Made by a program: the position numbers and the translations under genes
The notes under the pieces: model-generated
Databases searched by the model: none
Seen by the model: the letters and a program-made list of their open reading frames with translations, nothing else
What the model was told of the DNA's origin: nothing
Virus record (IMG/VR): IMGVR_UViG_3300037790_000023
Coordinates: 1 to 46,195 of that record
Direction: 5' to 3' (one strand)
DNA from: a virus
Lineage: Duplodnaviria; Caudoviricetes
DNA: 46,195 nucleotides
Part shown: one piece after another, positions 15,143-25,211 of the stretch
How the letters are laid out: the number at the start of each line of letters is the position of its first letter
How positions within the stretch are numbered: the first letter of the stretch is position 1

Positions 15143-18100
15143 TACAGTACGACATAACTATTGGTTCCTGTTTTACGCAATATCCCGCCTGTGTAAACCG
15201 AGCTATTGCCTACATCTTTATCACCTGCACTCACTCCGTTTATTGAAACTCCTGTAGCCCCTTCAATGGTGAATGTTGTGCCGAGTGCCTCTAAGTTTAT
15301 TACGTCCCCCACGGCCATTGCAGAGAAGTTTAATGTGATGGTTAGCGTGGCTGTAGAGGTACAACTAAGGGTATTGCCCACGTCAGAGGCCGCAATATTT
15401 CTGTTAGATGAAACGGCTATTACAGTAGGTTTGAGCTGGTAATATTGCAGGGTGTCCGATACCAAACTATCTACTTCGGATTTAGTATAATATCCTGATA
15501 AGTCAGTTGAACCCCCTCCGCTAACCGTTGCACCATTCGCGACATAAAAAGTATCATTAGCATACATTACAGAAGCCGTAGCTAACACGGTATCGCTTGT
15601 AACATTCTGCCCCCCTATCTTTAGGTTTGATGTCCCTTTTAGTAATCTAAATGAGCCTTCATCGCCATTATTCCAAAAGTTAATAACACTACCATTTGGA
15701 GCAGAAATAGTGTTGAATGTTACGGCTATTTCGCTGTTTGAAACATTCTGAATATTACACGAGGTATCGGTTGCGCTAACTGTGAAATTTGAGGTTACTT
15801 TCTTATAGCAGGATTTGAAGCCTGAACCGCTATTTGATGTTGTGTTATTCCTTACCCAATCTCTCGTTGCAACGGTATCTGTACCCCAAAGAACCATTTT
15901 GCCTGTTTTAGGAGACAGGTAAATATCTCCTATGTAATTGACAAGACTTAAAGACCTGTTGGCTTCCGTGTGAAATCCTGAACGGCCTAAAACTGCACCT
16001 GATGAATTTCTATGTTCAATAAACGATGTTGTGGTGGTAGAGTCACCATTAGCATCTGCTAAAACAATTAAACCTCCGTTATGCCTTACACGCATATTAG
16101 AACCTACATCTAAAGCGAATGAAGGGTTTAAATTGGCTATACCAAAACCGCCACTTTTTAAAGTTGCGTACTCAGTGTTGGATATTCTAAAAGCAACCCT
16201 CTCACCTGATTTAGCATTAATGGAAGTCGTCCCCGCGCTTGTTTGCCCAACGGCATAATCTGTAGATGTAGAAAGTCCTCTATACCCTAATGAAAAAACA
16301 TTGGGTGTAGCCGATGGCCTTCCTAAAAAATAGTTTTCACCTAATAGCTCCCGTGGTGTGTAAAGTTGACTGTTAGTTGAAACAATAGTATCTGCATAGG
16401 TGGTTTTACCTGTGGCCTCCCCACTTGTATCATCTGCGCTTGGCACCCATGCTGTACCACTCCATTTTAATATTTGACCTACAGAAGCCCCACCTTGCCC
16501 AATATCGCTTGGGGATATATCTAAATTAGCTTTTAACCCATTTAAAATTGTGTTGAATCCCTCACCTCTCGATACTGTAGAAGATGTGGTTTTAATGTAA
16601 CTACTATATCTATTTTGGACTTCCATTTGTCCTCCCCAAACATAAAATCCATTCACCCCATCACCCGCGTAACTTGGGCGGTTTGTGGCTGTAGGAGAGT
16701 TAATAGTAGCTAAACCTATTACACCCGTTCCGTTAGCTGCGGCTGTTTGTGTTACTGATATTCTGTACCAATCGTTAGGTAGAGATGCTATTTCGGCAGA
16801 ACTGAAAATATTAGCGGTAATAGCACCCGTCTGTAAGTCAAAATTGGCATACCTACTTGAAGGAAATCCAGCACCAGCACCATAAATCTGAATATACCTT
16901 AACCCTGCTTGCTTTACAAAAAAGCTAACTGAATAAGTAGTACCTGATGTAACTGTTTTTGTTTGGGCGATAACGTGTGTGCCGTTGGTAACTGTAGGTG
17001 TTATTTTTTCAGCTGATGTAGTTCCATCAGGCGCAATAGCTGAATCTACACCTACTGTCATATTCACCGTACCCCAAACAACATTATTTAGCTGTTCGCT
17101 ATATGTATATAAGTTGGTAGAGTTCGGTTCGTAAGTGAAATAATCAGATGCATCACCCGTGAGCGTGTCACCAACAGAACCCCCACCACCGCCTGAGCTT
17201 GGTGGTATGTCGGGGCCTACGGTGTTGTTTCCAGTCATATCACCCGCTGTATTGTATGCTCTTTTAAATACATTTAGAATCGACCAACCGACTTTTACAC
17301 TATAAGCATTGGGGTTAATAACCATTATTTTAATGGATTCATCATACTTTATAGGCGGCACGGTGAAGGATTGAAAACCTGCCCCATCGCCAGACTGAGC
17401 GTAAATATTAGTATTGAAATACAACACCCTTTCACCGTCAATAATGATTTTTACATAACCTTTAAAAGCATTGATTGTACCCGAAATTACATTCCCTGAA
17501 AGGCTGTTAAATTCTAAAACGGCTAGACTATCACCCGCTGATACAGTAGTGTTGCTACCTCTTTCCCATCTCAAATCTCCTGTTTTAGCACCAATACCCC
17601 ACGCATTTTCTAAACCTGTGGGACTTGTGATATACTCCGTTTGCAGATTTTGAGCGTTAATATCGCGGGCTGTAACACTTGGCGCGACTACGCTTTTGGT
17701 TGTAACTAATTTATTCTCGTTATCATTCGCAACCTTAACATTATCGCCCTCCCTTACGGCTATAGCGTAAGATGTCCACCACGTATTATTTATCCCTTTA
17801 GAGGAATACCAAACCTCATATTTCGTTTCATCTAACCTCCTGAAACTACTTTTATAAAGTATCTGATTTTCATTCTCAAAGAATGGGTTTAACAAGGTGT
17901 TTCGGTAAGCAAAAGATGTTCCGTTGCTGCTTTCTAATATCCATAATCTCCCATTTGCACCACCTTTACCAGAAGCAGCATTAAGTAGCATTTGCCAACC
18001 GTATTTTTCATCCCATTGAACCTCTACGTGCCAAGGTATTCTACTATCAGGTTTACCTGTAATTGATACCGCTTGCTCAACTCCATAATTAGCCGCAACC

Positions 18101-19134
18101 ATTGGGCTGCCTGTTATTTGCTTTCGGGCAAGTGTTAAGGTGTTCAGTCCAAAATCGTAATTGCAGTAATACATATACACGTTACCGCTTCCATCTTTTA
18201 CAATAGATGGTGATAGAAAAGGAATGTCAGGGTCAGCGTCCATAATTTCGTAATACAGCACTTGCTTTTTCGCGCTCCAATTCACACCATCTACGCTCTT
18301 TACCATATATACATATAGTCGCGTAAATCCTGACTGTGTGATACTTTGGCGAAACGCCATGTATAGGGTGTCATTGTTGTAAAACAAGTTGGGGTCTGCG
18401 TTATAATCCGCGTTTAAATCTGCACCACTTGTAGGTGTTGGCTCAATTGGATTAGTTAAACCCGTTGGAACTACCCAATTAACTCCGTTGTGACTCGCAA
18501 ATACACAAGGATTCTCAAACCTGTTTTGACTATCTGCATAAGGTGTTATTGCCATCCAATACCTATACCCATTGAAAGGTGTATCAAAATATAACACCGA
18601 AGGGTGGACGGTCTGACCTATGTTGTATGGTTCTGGTATGCGAACGGTTACAGGTCTATGGCTATACTCATTCGCGCTTTTAACCGATACCGCTGCATCA
18701 TTGCTGAATTTCAACTCTAAATTAGCCTCTAAAGTATCCGCTGTGGTGGTTAACTCGGCTTGTGTAACATCACCCCCCGCTGGTATCTCCACACTATTAC
18801 CCCCACTAATGGTAAGGGTTGAGCCGTCAATTGATAATGTTTGATTCAATGTATCAGCGGCCGCTTGTAATTGGGCTTGCGTAACATCACCCTCACCGCC
18901 TCCACCTGAGAATTTAGATAATTTCCTATAGCTAACTTTACCAGAAGGTAACACTATAGCTACTACAGTATCTGATTCATCAGCTAAATCAGGAAGATAA
19001 ACAGGACTTCTAAATAAAGCACCACCCAACCATTTATATTTAATGGGGTTCTTTTGGTACTTTAAAGTGTCGCTTTCCTGTGCAAATGAGCAAAGGGAAA
19101 GACTTAAAAAAAGGAGTGTTACTATCCGTTTCAT
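15142..19134 (-). CDS. Large mosaic fibre/adhesin-like protein with beta-propeller glycosidase-like domain and signal peptide
   Basis: Signal peptide ending SFA|Q; VHPSVLYF..YWMAITPY..ENP propeller; TNLYTYSEQ..WYRIS..VWGGQME fibre domain; GQILKWSGTAWVP repeat. Confidence 0.7.
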   Translation of the reverse strand: MKRIVTLLFLSLSLCSFAQESDTLKYQKNPIKYKWLGGALFRSPVYLPDLADESDTVVAIVLPSGKVSYRKLSKFSGGGGEGDVTQAQLQAAADTLNQTLSIDGSTLTISGGNSVEIPAGGDVTQAELTTTADTLEANLELKFSNDAAVSVKSANEYSHRPVTVRIPEPYNIGQTVHPSVLYFDTPFNGYRYWMAITPYADSQNRFENPCVFASHNGVNWVVPTGLTNPIEPTPTSGADLNADYNADPNLFYNNDTLYMAFRQSITQSGFTRLYVYMVKSVDGVNWSAKKQVLYYEIMDADPDIPFLSPSIVKDGSGNVYMYYCNYDFGLNTLTLARKQITGSPMVAANYGVEQAVSITGKPDSRIPWHVEVQWDEKYGWQMLLNAASGKGGANGRLWILESSNGTSFAYRNTLLNPFFENENQILYKSSFRRLDETKYEVWYSSKGINNTWWTSYAIAVREGDNVKVANDNENKLVTTKSVVAPSVTARDINAQNLQTEYITSPTGLENAWGIGAKTGDLRWERGSNTTVSAGDSLAVLEFNSLSGNVISGTINAFKGYVKIIIDGERVLYFNTNIYAQSGDGAGFQSFTVPPIKYDESIKIMVINPNAYSVKVGWSILNVFKRAYNTAGDMTGNNTVGPDIPPSSGGGGGSVGDTLTGDASDYFTYEPNSTNLYTYSEQLNNVVWGTVNMTVGVDSAIAPDGTTSAEKITPTVTNGTHVIAQTKTVTSGTTYSVSFFVKQAGLRYIQIYGAGAGFPSSRYANFDLQTGAITANIFSSAEIASLPNDWYRISVTQTAAANGTGVIGLATINSPTATNRPSYAGDGVNGFYVWGGQMEVQNRYSSYIKTTSSTVSRGEGFNTILNGLKANLDISPSDIGQGGASVGQILKWSGTAWVPSADDTSGEATGKTTYADTIVSTNSQLYTPRELLGENYFLGRPSATPNVFSLGYRGLSTSTDYAVGQTSAGTTSINAKSGERVAFRISNTEYATLKSGGFGIANLNPSFALDVGSNMRVRHNGGLIVLADANGDSTTTTSFIEHRNSSGAVLGRSGFHTEANRSLSLVNYIGDIYLSPKTGKMVLWGTDTVATRDWVRNNTTSNSGSGFKSCYKKVTSNFTVSATDTSCNIQNVSNSEIAVTFNTISAPNGSVINFWNNGDEGSFRLLKGTSNLKIGGQNVTSDTVLATASVMYANDTFYVANGATVSGGGSTDLSGYYTKSEVDSLVSDTLQYYQLKPTVIAVSSNRNIAASDVGNTLSCTSTATLTITLNFSAMAVGDVINLEALGTTFTIEGATGVSINGVSAGDKDVGNSSVYTGGILRKTGTNSYVVL

Positions 19135-19235
19135 TCGTTGTTGTTGTTTTCTTTATCCAGCTTTTTTAAAAAGAGCTTCAACTTTTTTTCATTCTCCGCC
19201 TTTGGCTTGTAGCGTGTTTTTAGTCGAGTACCCAT
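19131..19235 (-). CDS. Very small basic protein (not in the ORF track)
   Basis: MGTRLKTRYKPKAENEKKLKLFLKKLDKENNNNE; overlaps both neighbours. Confidence 0.5.
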   Translation of the reverse strand: MGTRLKTRYKPKAENEKKLKLFLKKLDKENNNNE

Positions 19236-19726
19236 CCTCCACGATTTGAGTTAGACTTATCAGGGTATATATCCCCATTCCTATTCTGATTATACTCTGG
19301 ATAGCGGGTAGGGTATGCGCATAAATGAGATTTAAGTAAGTCCGCGTAATGGTCGGCAATGTCCCTTTCCTTTTGCACCATCTTTTCTACGTCAAAACTT
19401 TGAGCGGTTTCGCCTTGCTCTGAGCTACCTCTAATTATACCTTTATTCCCTATTGTTATACCCGCCCACGGTAGATACTCCATCATAGCGTAATGGATAA
19501 GAGCGGGTTTTATGTAGTCGTCCACTAATGTTTTGTAGTTGCCCGAAAGGCTACTATCTAATATTAAAGTTTGCAGCCTCTGCATCAACTTAGTGCCTAT
19601 CACATTTTGAATGTGTATATCCTGAGCCACAAGTATAAATTGCGTGAATTTGTCCGCGTCTACATTCCCGCCTAACGCGGTCTTTTGCCTGATGTCTGCG
19701 GGGCTTATAAATAGTGCCTTTGCCAT
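19220..19726 (-). CDS. Putative head-tail adaptor
   Basis: Helical 168 aa protein directly after the portal. Confidence 0.6.
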   Translation of the reverse strand: MAKALFISPADIRQKTALGGNVDADKFTQFILVAQDIHIQNVIGTKLMQRLQTLILDSSLSGNYKTLVDDYIKPALIHYAMMEYLPWAGITIGNKGIIRGSSEQGETAQSFDVEKMVQKERDIADHYADLLKSHLCAYPTRYPEYNQNRNGDIYPDKSNSNRGGWVLD

Positions 19727-21708
19727 TATTTCAACCTTCCATTATTCGGCATATCTACAGGCCGAGTTGCTACTTCTTTTGAGTTTTGGGGCATCTCTAC
19801 TCCCTTTCTTCGGGCTTCATTCACGCTTACTTTTTTATCATTCTGCAAGCCCTCATTCGGAAGGAATTTGCCATTTTCACGTTTTCGCATATACACCTTT
19901 CTCATCCAGTAATGATGACATTGCGCGCCCCCCTTAAATTTGAATAGGTCATATGTGCTTTGTCCGCTGGCTGAAAATTCACCATTAACCCCCGCATTAC
20001 TCATGGTGTCTATATCTTCCTTGCGATATACTACCCCTTGCTGTGATAATGCTACCATTTGTTTGCAGAAGTCTCGGCTATTTTCGCTTGTAGTTTCAGG
20101 AGCATAGGCATATCTTATCTTAAATAAACCCCTGTCCTGCTCACTCTTTTTGTCAGGCTCAGAATACCCAACTATTGATTTTGCAACCCTTAGCTCTACC
20201 TGCTCCGTTTCGGCTGGTGCTTCACTGTATAGCTCGTATTCATCCAAATCCATCACCTCGCCTAACTCACCTGCTAACTTTAAAATCTCGTTTGCCCTTG
20301 TATCGGATAAGTCGTTATTTGCGCTAAGTTTCAACTCCACACCTAAATAAGCGCGGGCTTTCTCTTCTGACCAGCCCGTCATATCTTGTAGCTGGATTAT
20401 AGCCTGCCCTTCTGTTAGGTTTCCTTTATTAAACTCTCTAACTATACGCTGTATTTGTTGCTGTTGACGTGGTGTGAAGTCTCTTACCGCCACATTTACT
20501 TGTGGCTTTTCCTGTTCAAGATTTTCTTCTTCAACCTCACTACCTACACCCTCTTCTTTTTCTATCTGTTCATCTGTAGCCTCGGCTTGTGCTGTTTCTG
20601 TTGCAAATTCAAGGGGCTTCAATGGTTTAAAGTATAGGTCAAGGCTTATTCCTGCTTTAGCGCATATCTTCTGGATAACCTCTATAATACAATCCTGATA
20701 GGGGCGACATACCGTAGATTCCATAAGTAGGTAAGCTGTTTTAAGCTCATCCGCGTTATTGCCTAACCCTGTATTATCTTTTATACCTAAAAGCATAGGG
20801 GAGGTGATTCTATGGCTAATCATTAGCTTTTGGCTTGCCTCTTTGCTTAGTAGGTCAAATAGCTTGTCAGCATCTTCTATTCCTGCGCTGTCAATAGTGG
20901 GGGCAGTTTCCTTACTTTCATTGAAAGAAACAATCACTCTTTGCCCTTGTGTGCCTGAAAATTTATGTTTTACCTGACTTTCAATTTCCACTTGCTTTGC
21001 ATCGTCAGGAACCCCGTTATTAAAATTAACTACGGTTAAATCGTGAAATCCATTCTTTAAGTGGTTCAAGTGGAAATCTGCAATACCCTCTTCCATTTCA
21101 GCATACTGCAACCCTCCCTGATAATCTACAGGGGAGAAATAAAAAGAGCCGGGGGAATAAGGTTGATAGTAGATGATTTCCGATTCTTCAATAGGTAATC
21201 CATCTTCGTTTAATTCACCTTTGCCAAGTACGGGTACTCGCTTAGGTTTTATGTTTTCATTTGTCCAGTCTGGACTGAACCAGTATGCTTCTATCTCACC
21301 ATATTCATTGCACTTTTCAGGCATATAGCAGTTAACAGGGGCGTGGTATATTTCCGCTATTGCCTTTCTATCTGTGGAGTAGATTACCTGAAATGCAAAC
21401 TTATTGAAGGTCTTAAAGTCGTTGGCCACTTTTCGTACTTCATCATCTTTAAATAGCTTCTTAAATTTCGCCCAATCTTTCAACCTTACATCTCTATCTG
21501 TGGCATCTATACCTTTACCATAAATCATATCTGATATAGCCTGAATAATAGCGTTATTCGTTGGGCTGCCGTGGTATCGGTCTATAATGTAGTTGAAGTA
21601 GTTATCTCCGTTTTGTGTTTGCCATCTCACCCACTTTTCGCCAATCTTCTCAGTGAGTTTAGGCTTAACGTATGAGTCTAACTCTATAAATTTCATATTC
21701 CCGCTCAT
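19726..21708 (-). CDS. Portal protein with C-terminal head-morphogenesis-like extension
   Basis: SPTNNAII, ISHRITSPMLLG portal-like motifs; C-terminal SRDFC...GGAQCHHYW. Confidence 0.75.
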   Translation of the reverse strand: MSGNMKFIELDSYVKPKLTEKIGEKWVRWQTQNGDNYFNYIIDRYHGSPTNNAIIQAISDMIYGKGIDATDRDVRLKDWAKFKKLFKDDEVRKVANDFKTFNKFAFQVIYSTDRKAIAEIYHAPVNCYMPEKCNEYGEIEAYWFSPDWTNENIKPKRVPVLGKGELNEDGLPIEESEIIYYQPYSPGSFYFSPVDYQGGLQYAEMEEGIADFHLNHLKNGFHDLTVVNFNNGVPDDAKQVEIESQVKHKFSGTQGQRVIVSFNESKETAPTIDSAGIEDADKLFDLLSKEASQKLMISHRITSPMLLGIKDNTGLGNNADELKTAYLLMESTVCRPYQDCIIEVIQKICAKAGISLDLYFKPLKPLEFATETAQAEATDEQIEKEEGVGSEVEEENLEQEKPQVNVAVRDFTPRQQQQIQRIVREFNKGNLTEGQAIIQLQDMTGWSEEKARAYLGVELKLSANNDLSDTRANEILKLAGELGEVMDLDEYELYSEAPAETEQVELRVAKSIVGYSEPDKKSEQDRGLFKIRYAYAPETTSENSRDFCKQMVALSQQGVVYRKEDIDTMSNAGVNGEFSASGQSTYDLFKFKGGAQCHHYWMRKVYMRKRENGKFLPNEGLQNDKKVSVNEARRKGVEMPQNSKEVATRPVDMPNNGRLK

Positions 21709-22130
21709 ACTATTACATAATCGTTTTCGGTGTCCTGACTTGTATAACTCCCCTTATTCATTTCAAACCTTTCTAAGTCGGTCTGTGTGGTGCAAAATAT
21801 CTTACCGTTTGCTATTTCCTCAATGACATTCTCTGCGATATAAAGAGCGAAAATGTTTTCACGCATTACGTCTGATTCTTCTTCTGAATCTGTTACGCTT
21901 CCATCCTGTGTAAATAGTTGGTAGTTGTAGAATTTTTCTACTTCCGTTTCTACATCAATATTGAAGGTAGTTTTAAATCCATCATATACTATTGCTGATG
22001 AATCTATTTTATAAGAATAGGCTTTATTTATCTGCTCATCGAATAGCACAAACAAATAGTCTATATCCTGCGAATGCTCCCTTGTATAAAGTGAGATTGA
22101 GCCGCTGTAATTTGGTGCTAAAACTTTCAT
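21705..22130 (-). CDS. Putative structural protein
   Basis: ATG at 22130 just after the late motif; overlaps the portal start. Confidence 0.65.
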   Translation of the reverse strand: MKVLAPNYSGSISLYTREHSQDIDYLFVLFDEQINKAYSYKIDSSAIVYDGFKTTFNIDVETEVEKFYNYQLFTQDGSVTDSEEESDVMRENIFALYIAENVIEEIANGKIFCTTQTDLERFEMNKGSYTSQDTENDYVIV

Positions 22131-22135
22131 TAAAT

Positions 22136-22163
22136 AATTAACGATAGCTTTAGCCTTTGTTAG
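22136..22163 (-). promoter_or_regulatory. Putative late promoter
   Basis: CTAACA-N14-CGTTAATT. Confidence 0.75.
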
Positions 22164-22167
22164 AAAT

Positions 22168-22200
22168 AAAAAACCCCCGACCATTATAGCCGAGGGTTTC
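22168..22200 (-). terminator. Terminator after the tail tube gene
   Basis: Minus strand aaaccctcgg...tcggggg followed by T tract. Confidence 0.65.
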
Positions 22201-22224
22201 CAACCAACCTATTATGAATACAAA

Positions 22225-22767
22225 CTAAGTTCCTTCTACTACTGTAACGGTTGAACCTAACCCCGCAAAAGGGTTGTCTTTTACAGCATCTTTCAAGAAG
22301 TTAGCAGGTACACGCTCTTGCGCGGTAGCTGTTATGGTGTAACCGTTCAAGTCTCCCATTGCCGCACCTGTAGAAGTGTTTACCGCTACTTCTGCACCAT
22401 GCTCTAACCCTACTATTACAGCTGTTCCGTTGTAGTCCTCAACTACAATGTGAGGTCTGCCGTAAGCTAAGAGTTTCATCTCCTTATTTGTCTGAGCGTC
22501 CTTCTTTTTCAAGATGGCAGTTACCACTTGTTCCCAGAAGTTTGTACCGTTTTCCCGCGATGTATTAGCCGTTTCTTCTAAGCTATTTGCGCCTTTAAGT
22601 TCATACTTATAAGCGGTTAAAGCTCCTAAATCGTCTATTACATCGGTATCGGTATCATCGTATGCCAGCCCTGTAATATCTCCGTAATTGATAAAGTAGA
22701 CAGCTTTAATACCGCCTACTGAATCTTTACAGGGTTCTTTTCGTCCTAATGTAATATCGCAAGCCAT
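22225..22767 (-). CDS. Putative major tail tube protein
   Basis: 180 aa beta-rich protein after the capsid gene; CKDSVGGIKAVYF...DLNGYTIT. Confidence 0.65.
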   Translation of the reverse strand: MACDITLGRKEPCKDSVGGIKAVYFINYGDITGLAYDDTDTDVIDDLGALTAYKYELKGANSLEETANTSRENGTNFWEQVVTAILKKKDAQTNKEMKLLAYGRPHIVVEDYNGTAVIVGLEHGAEVAVNTSTGAAMGDLNGYTITATAQERVPANFLKDAVKDNPFAGLGSTVTVVEGT

Positions 22768-22783
22768 ATCTTATTCTTTAAGA

Positions 22784-23719
22784 TTAAGAGCGGCCATCAT
22801 AAAATACAATCTCGTTACCGTAGGCATATTGCACACCAGCAGAGAATCGCATTACATAACGGAAGTTTTGGCTGCCGTCAATATCACGCATATCGATAAT
22901 CTGCACTTGGTTGTGGTCTTGCATTAAGCCAGTTCCAAACCACAGGTTTTCTTTACGAGCGATTACATAAGTATCGTTAGGCAATCCTGGGGCAAGTTCC
23001 ATTTTCAATGAAAGGAAGTTCTCAGCCTTCATGGCAGTATAACCCTTATCATCAACACCCGCTGCACCTAATCCACTTGTTCCAAATCCTGAAAGGGCAA
23101 GTTGATAAGCAGCGTATACATTCCTTGAAACATAAAGAGTCAACTCATCACCTCCTGTGAAAAGGGCTTGAGGAATGGCGTTGTAACCTTTTTCGATTTC
23201 AGCAAAAACATTCGCTTTAGTAATTGCGGTTGCGCCTGTAACGTCAATCACATCACCATCGGCAGTAAAGGCTGGTAAGAATCCCCCAAACTGATTAGCA
23301 GAGGCTTCGATACCTGTCCAAATGTTAGTCTCAACAAAAGCAGATACCTTTTCGGCTAATCTCATGTTTAAGAAAGTCTGAAAATCAGGGGGCATAGTTT
23401 TCCAAGCGGAAACACCCATTTTCACAGCTTCCCAATCATCTTCGTAATCTTTAATACAAAGTTGAAGGTTAACCTGTAGTTTCTTTGGGGTCAACACCTT
23501 ATCCGTTTTGGTAACGGTAGATGTTGGGTCAAAGTCACAGGTTGAGGCTTTAACGATGTCGTTAATGTTCACCAAGCTAACATTCAGCGAATGTGCGATG
23601 TTGGGCTTAATGGTTACAAGTTGATTACCAAGCGTTGCGCCTGATAATATAGCAGGAGCAATATATTTTCCCGCGTGTTCACCTACGTAATTAGTAGAAA
23701 TATTTGATGTTGTGGCCAT
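22784..23719 (-). CDS. Major capsid protein
   Basis: 311 aa, follows protease and scaffold genes. Confidence 0.75.
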   Translation of the reverse strand: MATTSNISTNYVGEHAGKYIAPAILSGATLGNQLVTIKPNIAHSLNVSLVNINDIVKASTCDFDPTSTVTKTDKVLTPKKLQVNLQLCIKDYEDDWEAVKMGVSAWKTMPPDFQTFLNMRLAEKVSAFVETNIWTGIEASANQFGGFLPAFTADGDVIDVTGATAITKANVFAEIEKGYNAIPQALFTGGDELTLYVSRNVYAAYQLALSGFGTSGLGAAGVDDKGYTAMKAENFLSLKMELAPGLPNDTYVIARKENLWFGTGLMQDHNQVQIIDMRDIDGSQNFRYVMRFSAGVQYAYGNEIVFYDGRS

Positions 23720-23721
23720 CG

Positions 23722-24333
23722 TTATTTAGAGTTTAAGATTTTTAAATAGGCATCTTCGATATTGGCGCGGGCGTTGCCCTTGCTTAGTGATACCATTGTT
23801 TTTGTTTCGATTTCTGACTGTGGAGCAGCTACGTTAGGTTTTGCTGCGGGTTTCGCGCTTAGTGCGGTAATCTTACCTTTAAGAGTTTCGATTTCTTTCT
23901 TCTGCTCTTCGATAAGTGAGTGAGATTCAGATTTAGCGGTTTCTAAATCTTCTTTTGAAAGGGTTTCTTTCTCCTCAAGAGCTTTTAGCCTGTCATTGAT
24001 TTTCAATAGGGCATTACCCACATCTTCAATTGACAATTGCTCCTCAGCTAGCTCTTCCGCTCCTGCTTCTTTGATTTCAGCGATTGCACCTTCTTCATTA
24101 ATCACAAGTACGCGACCATCGTCAAGGGTGATTTCACCCGCTGGAGCAGGTAGTTTTTCCTCCCCTGTTACAATCAAAACGGGTTGACCAACTTCAAAGG
24201 CTTCTGCTTCGATAGTCGTCCCATCTTCAAGTGTGGCGGTTTCGAGTTTCGTTTCAGTAGTTTCTTGCTTTTCTTCGCTCAGAAAAAACTTCTTAAACCT
24301 TTCCGCCAGAGTTTCTACTTTTTTATCTGACAT
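23722..24333 (-). CDS. Capsid scaffold-like protein
   Basis: Acidic coiled coil immediately upstream of the capsid gene. Confidence 0.65.
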   Translation of the reverse strand: MSDKKVETLAERFKKFFLSEEKQETTETKLETATLEDGTTIEAEAFEVGQPVLIVTGEEKLPAPAGEITLDDGRVLVINEEGAIAEIKEAGAEELAEEQLSIEDVGNALLKINDRLKALEEKETLSKEDLETAKSESHSLIEEQKKEIETLKGKITALSAKPAAKPNVAAPQSEIETKTMVSLSKGNARANIEDAYLKILNSK

Positions 24334-24359
24334 TTGGTGTAAATTTTTTTATTACACCT

Positions 24360-24387
24360 AATTAACGGAGTGGCTTTTTTCTGTTAG
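24360..24387 (-). promoter_or_regulatory. Putative late promoter
   Basis: CTAACA-N14-CGTTAATT. Confidence 0.75.
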
Positions 24388-24407
24388 ATTTTCAGTAATT
24401 TAGAGGC

Positions 24408-24698
24408 ATGAATAAACCAACTATAAACACACTAAGAGAAATTATAGAAAAATCTCAAAACATTGATGTTTCTCATTTTGTAATGAATTTAGAAACATTA
24501 AAAGGGATTAAGAGTAGTGCTAATGCTGTGGATTTTTGTTTGATAAATGAAATACTTAATCAGGGTACTTTCTGCGGTATAAATGTTTATATAGACCCAC
24601 TATACCCTAAATACCGAATAGATTTACAATCATCCGAATACCACCCCTCTTACCTTGCCTGTAATTGCGTAGGGGAATTGCAATGTAGAACCTACTAA
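24408..24698 (+). CDS. Possible counter-oriented moron ORF
   Basis: 96 aa, ATG start, AT-rich; 3' end overlaps the convergent gene. Confidence 0.45.
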   Translation: MNKPTINTLREIIEKSQNIDVSHFVMNLETLKGIKSSANAVDFCLINEILNQGTFCGINVYIDPLYPKYRIDLQSSEYHPSYLACNCVGELQCRTY

Positions 24699-25211
24699 TG
24701 TTAATGAATCAAAAGCGGTTGTAAGATGTTGCCCAGATTGTTGAATATGTATTGCTTTTAATTCTTTACCTTCAAAAGCTGGATGTGTTATTGAGGTTTC
24801 GCCTGCTAATGTTACTTCGATTAATGTTATTGGAGTTTCCATAGTGTCAGAATTTGGAAGCACAAAACCATATATTTTACCTGTAAGAGCATACGGAAAT
24901 ATTAATCTTGTGCCTGATATTGTAGTTTCATTAAATGCCGTTAAAAGATGTTGCCCTGAATTGTAGAGAAATATCTGCCCCAATGTTGCGCCTTCAAAAG
25001 CTGGATTAGAATAATATTCATCATTACTTAGGGTATCTTCGATTAATTGAACTTCGCTCGCTGGTTGTCTATAAATTACACCTATACCCTGAGCTTTGAA
25101 AGAGCCATCGCAGCACTCTTTAGCATAGGTTTGTTTATCCCAACATAAACAACCTGTATTAGCTCCTTTGGGCGGGCTTGGGTTTCCTATGAATCTATTG
25201 AACCAACCCAT
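24630..25211 (-). CDS. Protein with Cys-rich N-terminus and two tandem ~65 aa repeats
   Basis: CLCWD...ECCDG; PAFEG..SGQHL.TAF..FPYA.TGK occurs twice. Confidence 0.75.
   Translation of the reverse strand: MGWFNRFIGNPSPPKGANTGCLCWDKQTYAKECCDGSFKAQGIGVIYRQPASEVQLIEDTLSNDEYYSNPAFEGATLGQIFLYNSGQHLLTAFNETTISGTRLIFPYALTGKIYGFVLPNSDTMETPITLIEVTLAGETSITHPAFEGKELKAIHIQQSGQHLTTAFDSLTLVGSTLQFPYAITGKVRGVVFG

Noticed and set aside
12276-19134. Diversity-generating retroelement targeting the fibre genes
   Set aside because: No reverse transcriptase and no adenine-specific TR/VR repeat pair seen in the window
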